Source: a virus. From it: a stretch of DNA of 37,256 bases. Under the pieces are notes generated by a model. It searched no databases. It was given only the letters and a program-made list of their open reading frames with translations, and was not told the DNA's origin. The DNA lies in the IMG/VR virus record IMGVR_UViG_3300031669_000108, positions 1 to 37,256 of that record, one strand, 5' to 3'. The translations under genes and the position numbers were made by a program. This document shows positions 7,550-15,477 of this stretch, one piece after another. Each line of letters starts with the position of its first letter. Position 1 is the stretch's first letter.

Positions 7550-8368
7550 ATGTCACAAGAAGGATTAATTGATGATGTATCAACAGATGATACAACAGAC
7601 ACAACAACTACAGACACAACAACTACAGATACAACAACGGATAATCAGTTTGAAGGACTTCCTGAAGATATCATAGATAACGATGCTATATCTAACGATA
7701 AACTTAAAGATTATTTAGCTCAAAGAGATGAAGATAAGAAAAAAGATGAAAAAAGAATAAACGACCTTAGGGCTAAAGTTTCTAAAAAAGATAAACCTGA
7801 AAATGCAGATGGTTATTTTTTCAAATCAGAAAAATATGAAACTATTATTAATGATAATGAAAATATGCAAGAGTTAATGACTGGTTTAAAAGAAAAGTGT
7901 CACGAACAAGGAATGGGACAGACTGAGTTTGAGTTTGTTGCTAATCAAATGCTTGAGCTTGGAGAAAAAGAAGGTTTAATAGATACTCGTTCTGATGAAG
8001 AAGTTAAACAATGGAAAGCTGAAGAAAAAGCTAAACTAGGAGATAATGCTGATGAAGTTATTAAATCTTCTGTTGATTTTGTTAATGCAAGTAAGATATT
8101 TAATGAAGAAGAAAAAGATATACTTAAAGGATTAATGAATCAAGGGGCAGGCTTTATTGGTATAGTTAATAAAATGAATAGATTATTTGGAGATCCTAAT
8201 CCAATTCCAGTTGGCAACGAGGTAACATCAGGTTTAAAAAGTGATGCTGAGTTATGGTCTGAGTATTCTAATCCTGAAACAACTCCTTTTAGATGCAAGC
8301 AAATTATAGAACAAAGAGCTAAAGCAGGAAGAAAAGGAAAACTTTCTGAAGCAAAAGATAGCTTCTAA
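7550..8368 (+). CDS. Scaffolding protein (probable)
   Basis: 272 aa, very acidic and helical, between portal and capsid. The N-terminus carries a Thr/Asp repeat. Confidence 0.55.
   Translation: MSQEGLIDDVSTDDTTDTTTTDTTTTDTTTDNQFEGLPEDIIDNDAISNDKLKDYLAQRDEDKKKDEKRINDLRAKVSKKDKPENADGYFFKSEKYETIINDNENMQELMTGLKEKCHEQGMGQTEFEFVANQMLELGEKEGLIDTRSDEEVKQWKAEEKAKLGDNADEVIKSSVDFVNASKIFNEEEKDILKGLMNQGAGFIGIVNKMNRLFGDPNPIPVGNEVTSGLKSDAELWSEYSNPETTPFRCKQIIEQRAKAGRKGKLSEAKDSF
7595..7639 (+). repeat. 15-bp x3 tandem repeat (acagacacaacaact) encoding (TDTTT)n
   Basis: Units at 7595-7609, 7610-7624 and 7625-7639 (the last has 2 mismatches). Confidence 0.8.
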
Positions 8369-8392
8369 GAAATAAATCTTGGTGGGTTTGTG

Positions 8393-8424
8393 AAATACTA
8401 CTCAGAAATGGGTAGTATTTTTTT
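8393..8424 (+). terminator. Rho-independent terminator after the scaffold gene
   Basis: aaatactac (8393-8401) pairs with gtagtattt (8412-8420), followed by a T-run to 8424. Confidence 0.6.
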
Positions 8425-8426
8425 AC

Positions 8427-8455
8427 TTGACAATTAAATATTTTTACTTTATATT
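8427..8455 (+). promoter_or_regulatory. sigma70-type promoter TTGACA-17 nt-TATATT (capsid promoter)
   Basis: ttacTTGACA 8427-8432 and TATATT 8450-8455. Confidence 0.65.
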
Positions 8456-8580
8456 ATTAATTAAGCAAGAATCCCTAAAATTCTGAGCTTCCCTTGTTTT
8501 ATTACAAGACCTCATTATAGAAGAGTATGGCTCCATTCTTAGAACAGTTTAACTACTTATTAAGAAAGGAATTACATATT

Positions 8581-9408
8581 ATGAGTAGAGAAGTAAATGC
8601 AGTATTTATTGATTCATTTGATGCAGAAGTTCACAAAGCTTATCAAGGACAAAAAATGCTAAGAGATACCGTTAGATTAAAAACAGGTATTACAGGGAAA
8701 TCTCATAGATTCCCAAAATCAGGCAAAGGAGTTGCTACAAGACACATTCCAGGTAATGATGTTATTGCAATGAACCTTTCATACGACAAAGTAACAGCTA
8801 ATTTAGAGGACTGGAATGCAGATGATTATTCAGATATCTTTGATATTGAAAAAATCAACTTTTCAGAACAGCAAGAGTTAGCTTTCAATACAGCTTCAGC
8901 AATGGGTAGAAGAGAAGATCAGTTAATTATAGATGCAATGAGTTTAGCATCTAATACTACTGGTGGTTCTTCTACTGAATTTAATGTAGCTTTATTAAGA
9001 AGTCTTGGAAAAACATTAGATGAAAACAATGTTCCATCTGAAGATAGATTTATTGCTTGGTCTCCACAGCATAAATCAACTCTATTAGGAGTAACAGAAG
9101 CAACATCATCTGACTTTAATTCAGTTAATGCTTTAAATCAAGGAACTATTAACAGTTTCTATGGATTTACATTTAAACTTATTGGTAATAGAGAAGAAGG
9201 TGGATTAGGAATTGCAACAGTAGGAACTCCTAACACATACTATTTCTATGCTTATCATAAGAAAGCTGTAGGTCTTGCGATTGGTAAAGATATGACATCT
9301 CATGTTGACTGGATTGCAGAGAAAAAAGCTTGGTTAATCGGTTGTGATTACTCAGCTGGTTCAATAATCATTGATAACGAAGCTGTTATCAAAGGCGAGG
9401 CAAAATAG
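8581..9408 (+). CDS. Major capsid protein, T7 gp10-like
   Basis: F.DSFDAEVHKAYQG...ITGKSHRFPKSGKG.A..H.PG...DIFDIEK...MGRREDQLIIDAM parallels T7 gp10 (F..EV..AF...ISSGKSAQFPVLG...PG...IYDIED...). ATG 8581 has aaagga upstream; the ORF track allows 8527. Confidence 0.8.
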   Translation: MSREVNAVFIDSFDAEVHKAYQGQKMLRDTVRLKTGITGKSHRFPKSGKGVATRHIPGNDVIAMNLSYDKVTANLEDWNADDYSDIFDIEKINFSEQQELAFNTASAMGRREDQLIIDAMSLASNTTGGSSTEFNVALLRSLGKTLDENNVPSEDRFIAWSPQHKSTLLGVTEATSSDFNSVNALNQGTINSFYGFTFKLIGNREEGGLGIATVGTPNTYYFYAYHKKAVGLAIGKDMTSHVDWIAEKKAWLIGCDYSAGSIIIDNEAVIKGEAK

Positions 9409-9422
9409 AAAGGGATTAAATT

Positions 9423-9875
9423 ATGGCTTTTAATAATAAAAAATTAGCTCCAATGTCTAATAATGCAAGATCAGGGGATATTCCTATGGTTTGGTTATAT
9501 GACAATGTAGTTGAAGATACTGTAACAGGTGCAGGATTTATTCCAACAGGTTACGGTTTGAGAGCAAGAGATACAGTTCAAGTAACTGATGCAGATGGCG
9601 ATATAGCTTGGTATAAGGTGGGTATAACAGATAATGTTGCTACTCTAACACTTATGACAGCAGTTTCTTCATTCTCATTTACTGATTTAGATGATACTCC
9701 AGCATCTCTAACAGCAAATAAAGGTTTTGCTGTTAATGCAGGTGGAACAGCTATTGAAGAAGTTGACTTAGTTGCTGAATTATCTGATCTAAGTGATGTA
9801 ACTATCACAACACCATCAGATGATCAAGAGCTAAAATATGCTACTGATAAGTTTGTAAATTACACACCAGCTTAG
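9423..9875 (+). CDS. Hypothetical structural protein (capsid-associated or decoration candidate)
   Basis: 150 aa, co-transcribed with the capsid gene and followed by a strong terminator. Confidence 0.4.
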   Translation: MAFNNKKLAPMSNNARSGDIPMVWLYDNVVEDTVTGAGFIPTGYGLRARDTVQVTDADGDIAWYKVGITDNVATLTLMTAVSSFSFTDLDDTPASLTANKGFAVNAGGTAIEEVDLVAELSDLSDVTITTPSDDQELKYATDKFVNYTPA

Positions 9876-9884
9876 CTAAAATCT

Positions 9885-9918
9885 AGGGTAAGTCTTTAAT
9901 TAGGCTTACCCTCTTTTT
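9885..9918 (+). terminator. Rho-independent terminator after the capsid operon (T-phi analogue)
   Basis: agggtaagtc (9885-9894) pairs with ggcttaccct (9903-9912), then cttttt. Confidence 0.7.
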
Positions 9919-9933
9919 AAAAAGGAGTTTCTT

Positions 9934-10503
9934 ATGAGTGCAACTGATGACTTAAAAAATTTAATATTATTTGAATTAGGGGTTGATAATGTAACTGACT
10001 TCACTTCAAACGATCCACTAGTCTTAAAAGTAAATCAAGTTTATAGTGTAATGATAGAATCATTGCTGTCTATATATAGATGGAGTTTTGCTGTTAAGAG
10101 TGTTGAATTAACTGGGGATGCTTTAACGGATGAAAGATATAAATATTCGTTTGACCTACCAGAAGATTATTTAAGAACAGAAAATGTATTTGATAATGTA
10201 AAAGAAACATTTTCTATTGGAGATTATAGAATAATAGAAAATAAGATCCATTGTAATAAAGAAAAAATATATTTAAGATATGTATTTAAAGCTTCTGAAG
10301 AAAGTTTTCCTTCATATTTTGTAGAAGTTTGTAAATTCAAAGGTGCTTATGATTTATGTTATAATCTAACAGGAGATACAGACAAGCAACAAATACTTCA
10401 ACAGCAATTTACTTTCTTTTATATAAATGCAAAAAATGTAGATTCAAGGCAATTTGGAAGTAAAACAATCAAGAGTAAGCCATACACAGATATTAGGGGG
10501 TAA
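9934..10503 (+). CDS. Tail tubular protein A / adaptor analogue (T7 gp11 position)
   Basis: 189 aa. Its position and size match T7 gp11. No motif-level confirmation. Confidence 0.45.
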   Translation: MSATDDLKNLILFELGVDNVTDFTSNDPLVLKVNQVYSVMIESLLSIYRWSFAVKSVELTGDALTDERYKYSFDLPEDYLRTENVFDNVKETFSIGDYRIIENKIHCNKEKIYLRYVFKASEESFPSYFVEVCKFKGAYDLCYNLTGDTDKQQILQQQFTFFYINAKNVDSRQFGSKTIKSKPYTDIRG

Positions 10504-10507
10504 CTAA

Positions 10508-13444
10508 ATGAAAACAATTCAAAAGAGAGTAAAGTTTTCACAAGGAGAAATATCCCCAAAGTTATTAGAAAGAACTGATATAGATTTATTAGAAAGATCA
10601 GCTTCTTATATGAAAAACTATGTATCAACCAACTTCGGTGGTTTTCAAACAAGAGAAGGAACTATAAAAGTTGATGAAATATTGAATTCATTAACTCCTG
10701 CAAGTGTATCATTTACAAGTTATATTGGTGGAGATGTAGGAGATATAGGAACATTATTTATTTCTGATGCTCTTGGAACGGCAACTAATGAAATACTTGG
10801 AGATTTATCTACTGTAGATGATAGAGAATCTATTAAAATAAAAGGTATTAAGTTAAGTTTTGCAGAAGGAAGTGTTTCAGTTAGTGTTGGAGATACACCT
10901 CCTAATGAAAATAAGATTATTTCTCCTGTAATTGATGTAGCCGGAAAAGGTTATAAAGATATTACATTAAATGTTATTGGAGATGGCACAGGAGCAATAT
11001 TAACTCCTACTTTAGGGGCTGATGGTTCTATAGCAAGTGTAGTTGTTACAGATGGAGGCTCAGGATATACTACTGCAACAGTTGAAATTATTGAAAATGA
11101 TATTTGGACTGATATGCAATATGTTGAGATATCAGATGATGATATAACATATAGCACAGTAGCATCATTTGAAGCAACTAGAACAGCTCAAAGCTTTAAT
11201 TATACAGTAAATGTCGATTATAGATATTTAAGATTAAGAAGAGGTGGAACTGCTATAACAACTTGTTTAGAATTTACTGATATTCAACTATTTGATGTAA
11301 TAGATGCTAATAATAAAGTTAGAATACTGCCTTTTATATTTGGCAATAATCAAAAATATGTATTGATTTTACTAGATAAAACAATAAAAATATATCAAGA
11401 TGATCAATTATTAGAAACAATACCAGCAGATGGACTTGAAGAAGATTATTTAGAGGATATTAAATTCTCACAAAAAGATGATGTAATAGTATTAACTCAT
11501 CCTAACATGAAAACAAAAGAATTAGTTAGAGTTGGAACTGGTTCAGATACTGATGAAATACCTGAGTTTGCAGAAGGAGAAACATCTAAAGATGGATTTA
11601 CATTATCAGGTTTAGGTTCTTCTATTGCTTTATATAAAGGTGTTGATGGGAATTCAGCAACATATTATTCAAGAGGAGATTTATTTAATGCAAGTTCTTC
11701 AACTTCTAATATAAACGAAGATTATAAGGTTGAATTTCCAGTAGCTCAAACAATATCAAGAATAACATTTAAATATTCAAACTATAGTAATTTAAGAGTT
11801 TATGTGAAACAATCAGGAGTTTGGAACTTAATAAGAGAAGATTTAACAGAATCATTTAATAATGAAAAGATATTTCAAGATAATATAGTTAGAGAAATAG
11901 AAGGAATAAGAATAACATCTGATGATGTTAGAGAGAATATATCAGAAACTTTAGTTAATATATTTACATTAAGATTATTTGAGTTAAATGCTTTTTCAAC
12001 AGCAAGTAGTTTATTTGTATTTGAAGATTTCCCCGTTGAAAATACCCCTTATTATAATTTTAGTGGAAAAGTAATAACTCCACAAACAATAGGTATAACA
12101 CCATCAGCAGAAGAAGGAGCAGGAGAAATAACAGCAGATAGTAGTTTCTTTACTTCAGATAGTGTGGGGCAATATATTAATACATCAGAAGGATCAAGAT
12201 TTAAAATAACTTCATATATAAGTGGAACTAAAGTTTCAGGATATACAGTAATACCGTTTCTAAATACTAGCAAGATTACATCTTGGGATTACGAAACTGG
12301 TTACGAGTTAGCTTGGAGTGATGAGAGGGGGTATCCTTCTACTTGCTTGTTTTACCAGCAAAGATTATGGTTAGGTGGCTCTTTAAATATTCCTCAATCG
12401 CTCTGGGCTTCTAGGATTAATGAATTTAATAACTTTAATAACATAGGAAGTTATGACAATGATTCTATTGATGCCCCGATAGCCTCTAAGACTAATGATG
12501 ATATTGTTAATATATTTGATAATAGAGGACTTCAGATATTCTCTAGTTCTAAGGAATTTGTTGCAAATGAAGATTCTTTAACACCTAGTAATATATTTAT
12601 AACACCAACAACTTCAGATGGTAGTCTTAGAAGTGTTGAGCCTATTAGTGTTGGTGGATTAACTTTATTTATTGAAAAAAATGGTAACTCAATTATGAGT
12701 TTTGTTTATAATGATGTTGAAGCCAGTTATAAAACAGCTAAGTTAAATTTATATAGCTCCCATATGTTGAATAATCCTACTAGAATGCAGGTAAATGTAA
12801 ATACAAATGTTGAATCTTCTACTTATCTATATGTTGCTAAACAAGATGGCGAAATGTTATCAAGTTGTATATTGTTAGATCAAGGTATAAATGCCTTCAC
12901 TAGATTTATTACAGAAGGTTATGTTAAAGATGTTATGGTTCTTGATACAGAAGTTTATTTATTAGTTATTAGAAACGATAGATTATATTTAGAGAAGATA
13001 ACAGATACTAAAACAGATGGAACTTTTATTAAAGCTCCAGCACAAACTTTAACTGGATTAGATGCTTATGAAGGAGATGAGTTAAGAGTATATAACGAGA
13101 TAGATTATGGAGTTTATACTGTTATAAATGGAGAAATAACTCTATCTTCTGTGCCGACAGATAATGTTAATATAGGTTATGATATAGATTGTGAATTAAT
13201 ATCTAATAATGTTTCTGTAAAGAGCAGGACTACTTCTATATATTCAAGGATTTCTAAAGCAACAATAACAACAGAAGATACAGATAAACTAACATTTAAC
13301 GGATATGACTTAGAGCAAACAGATGATATATATGATGTTTATGGTGCTGGGACATGGACTAAAGAAAATAAGTTTACAATTACAAGTAAATTTGATAGAG
13401 TGTTTGTTAAGAGTATTGAGTTAAGTATAAATTATGGAGTGTAA
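10508..13444 (+). CDS. Tail tubular protein B / nozzle analogue (T7 gp12 position) with extra inserted domains
   Basis: 978 aa. GKGYKDITLNVIGDGTGAILTP...VVVTDGGSGYTTATVEI, plus two jelly-roll-like segments (..YRYLRLRRGG.., ..ISRITFKYSNYSNLRVYVK..). Confidence 0.5.
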   Translation: MKTIQKRVKFSQGEISPKLLERTDIDLLERSASYMKNYVSTNFGGFQTREGTIKVDEILNSLTPASVSFTSYIGGDVGDIGTLFISDALGTATNEILGDLSTVDDRESIKIKGIKLSFAEGSVSVSVGDTPPNENKIISPVIDVAGKGYKDITLNVIGDGTGAILTPTLGADGSIASVVVTDGGSGYTTATVEIIENDIWTDMQYVEISDDDITYSTVASFEATRTAQSFNYTVNVDYRYLRLRRGGTAITTCLEFTDIQLFDVIDANNKVRILPFIFGNNQKYVLILLDKTIKIYQDDQLLETIPADGLEEDYLEDIKFSQKDDVIVLTHPNMKTKELVRVGTGSDTDEIPEFAEGETSKDGFTLSGLGSSIALYKGVDGNSATYYSRGDLFNASSSTSNINEDYKVEFPVAQTISRITFKYSNYSNLRVYVKQSGVWNLIREDLTESFNNEKIFQDNIVREIEGIRITSDDVRENISETLVNIFTLRLFELNAFSTASSLFVFEDFPVENTPYYNFSGKVITPQTIGITPSAEEGAGEITADSSFFTSDSVGQYINTSEGSRFKITSYISGTKVSGYTVIPFLNTSKITSWDYETGYELAWSDERGYPSTCLFYQQRLWLGGSLNIPQSLWASRINEFNNFNNIGSYDNDSIDAPIASKTNDDIVNIFDNRGLQIFSSSKEFVANEDSLTPSNIFITPTTSDGSLRSVEPISVGGLTLFIEKNGNSIMSFVYNDVEASYKTAKLNLYSSHMLNNPTRMQVNVNTNVESSTYLYVAKQDGEMLSSCILLDQGINAFTRFITEGYVKDVMVLDTEVYLLVIRNDRLYLEKITDTKTDGTFIKAPAQTLTGLDAYEGDELRVYNEIDYGVYTVINGEITLSSVPTDNVNIGYDIDCELISNNVSVKSRTTSIYSRISKATITTEDTDKLTFNGYDLEQTDDIYDVYGAGTWTKENKFTITSKFDRVFVKSIELSINYGV

Positions 13445-13446
13445 TT

Positions 13447-13980
13447 ATGGCAGTAGATTTTGATAAATTATTAAGTGGATTAGGAGAAGAATATGATAAG
13501 TATTCTAAACTTAAAAAGTTTGGTTTAGGTGTAGATAGTCTTTCTAAATTCGGTGGATTGCTTTCAGATTATCAATCTACTAAAGCAGAGGCTTATTCTA
13601 TGGATGTGCAAGCTAGTGAAATTGAATTACAAGCTCAACAAAGAATTAATCAGATTAGAGAATCATTTAATGATGCCGTAGGAACTGCAACATTTTCAGC
13701 AACTCGTAGAGGAGTAGTTGCCGGAGAAGGTTCAGCAGGAAAAAACATAGAACAGTCATCTATAGAACTTGGGAAAGATATGGCATTAAATAAAAGAAGT
13801 GCAAAGATGAAAGCTAAATCATTTAGAACACAAGCTAAAATAAATAGAATACTTGGAAAAGGAAGCTTTGCAAGTGGTTTATTAAATATTGGTAGCAGTC
13901 TATTAGGTGGGTTTAGTGGTTCAGAAGGAACTAAGTCTTTACAAGTAAAACCTGGCATAAAGCCAACATATAGGGGATAA
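13447..13980 (+). CDS. Internal virion / ejection protein (gp14 position)
   Basis: 177 aa with a Gly-rich hydrophobic C-terminus (GSFASGLLNIGSSLLGGFSG). Assigned by position. Confidence 0.4.
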   Translation: MAVDFDKLLSGLGEEYDKYSKLKKFGLGVDSLSKFGGLLSDYQSTKAEAYSMDVQASEIELQAQQRINQIRESFNDAVGTATFSATRRGVVAGEGSAGKNIEQSSIELGKDMALNKRSAKMKAKSFRTQAKINRILGKGSFASGLLNIGSSLLGGFSGSEGTKSLQVKPGIKPTYRG

Positions 13981-13983
13981 ATA

Positions 13984-15477
13984 ATGAGTCAAATATATAA
14001 AGAAAAAGGTTTGCTAGATGTAGCTCAAGGAGTAAAAGCTCCTAGATTAAAGGTTGAAACTAATCTTGAAGAAAAGTTTGATAAGGAACTTGATGTTATA
14101 AATAAGAAAATGTATAACACGGCTCAAGCTTCAAGCACATCAGCTATGAATGACTTATATAATACTCATTCAGATAATCCAATTAAACTTCAAGAAGCAT
14201 TAGATAAGGTTCAAATAGACACTGCAGATTTATTTAAAGATAAAGATACTAAAGATGAGTTCTTGCTTAATTCAGAAGTAAGTAAGATTTCTTATATGAA
14301 TAGATCTAAGAATAACTTTAAGAAGAAACAAGATAAGGAATTTAAATTTTCTAGCAACTCTGTTGTAGATACTAATATTGAATTAATGAAGGAAAATGCT
14401 ATTTCCATGTGGAATGGAGATGAAGATGCTAAGACTTTACTTAATGAAAGTTATACAAATATACAAGAACAATTAAAAGCAACAGATTCTGATGGCTCTC
14501 CTATTTATACTGATGCTGATATTAGAAGAATAGAAAATGAGTTTTCCGATATGAAAGTTGACTCATATAAAGATAAATTAGACTCTGACTATTTAACAAA
14601 TGTTCCTCAAGCAGAGGCAACAATTAATGATTTTAATTCTAAGACAAGAGAACAATTAGGATTAACTCGTGATGAGTATGATGATATTAAAAAGTATAAT
14701 AAAACAGTTAAAGAATATTATACTAAACTTGAAAATAAAATGAATCCTAAAACTAAAGCTCCTTATACAGAAGAAGAAAGACTTGCTATATCAAGAGCTA
14801 CTGAAGAAGTAAGAGTTATTTATGAAGATATGAATCTTGGTATTGGCAAATTAACTGGTAAAGATTATATTAAAAATTCTTTATATGATAATGTAGGAAG
14901 TCTTATAGATTTTAGAAACTCTGCTACTGCTGTTTATGAAAGTGGTGGTCTTTCTACTAAAACTACTGATGGCTCATCTGAATATAATAAAATGATGATG
15001 AAAACATCTACTATATTAATGGATAAGATAAAAAAAGAAGATGTTGAAGAAGGTAGTCTTTGGTCTACTACTATTGAAGAAAGGTTAGCTAAACAAGTTA
15101 ATTCTAAGCCTGAGTATAGCGATTATCAAAAGACTATGTTATTTGAAAGGTCTTATAACAGAGCAATGAAAGATGGAATAAATCTTTTATCACATAACTC
15201 TAATGAAAAGAAAAAGATAGATGATATTATAAAACAAGAGTCTTTTTTCTTAACAACAGAACTTGAACCTGATGCTACTGATAAAAATGCAGTTGGTGTA
15301 ATTTATAATGAAAATGTATCTTGGTTTAATCCTGATGGAGATAAAGCAGAAGGTGTTAAGCTAGATAATGATTATAATATCAATTATATTGATGGTAAAT
15401 TTTATAATACATTAGAGGATGAAAATGGAGAAGTTATTTTTAAAAGTGAGGCTCTAATAAATGACAGAACAAAATAA
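13984..15477 (+). CDS. Internal virion / ejection protein (gp15 position)
   Basis: 497 aa, helical and charged. Assigned by position. Confidence 0.4.
   Translation: MSQIYKEKGLLDVAQGVKAPRLKVETNLEEKFDKELDVINKKMYNTAQASSTSAMNDLYNTHSDNPIKLQEALDKVQIDTADLFKDKDTKDEFLLNSEVSKISYMNRSKNNFKKKQDKEFKFSSNSVVDTNIELMKENAISMWNGDEDAKTLLNESYTNIQEQLKATDSDGSPIYTDADIRRIENEFSDMKVDSYKDKLDSDYLTNVPQAEATINDFNSKTREQLGLTRDEYDDIKKYNKTVKEYYTKLENKMNPKTKAPYTEEERLAISRATEEVRVIYEDMNLGIGKLTGKDYIKNSLYDNVGSLIDFRNSATAVYESGGLSTKTTDGSSEYNKMMMKTSTILMDKIKKEDVEEGSLWSTTIEERLAKQVNSKPEYSDYQKTMLFERSYNRAMKDGINLLSHNSNEKKKIDDIIKQESFFLTTELEPDATDKNAVGVIYNENVSWFNPDGDKAEGVKLDNDYNINYIDGKFYNTLEDENGEVIFKSEALINDRTK

Noticed and set aside
9380-9430. T7-like programmed frameshift extending the capsid protein (10A/10B) into ORF 9423-9875
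   Set aside because: I saw no slippery heptamer before the capsid stop. The downstream ORF has its own SD (aaaggga) and ATG after a 14-nt gap.
9578-9808. Minus-strand ORFs embedded in + strand genes: 9578-9808, 10419-10652, 10951-11157, 12052-12273, 13650-13958, 16847-17146, 18976-19224, 19978-20286, 23300-23560, 29778-30125, 30707-30895, 31207-31437, 33790-34011, 35943-36137
   Set aside because: Each lies entirely antisense to a well-supported + strand gene. They have no SD and show low-complexity, hydrophobic shadow-frame composition. The genome is otherwise strictly unidirectional.
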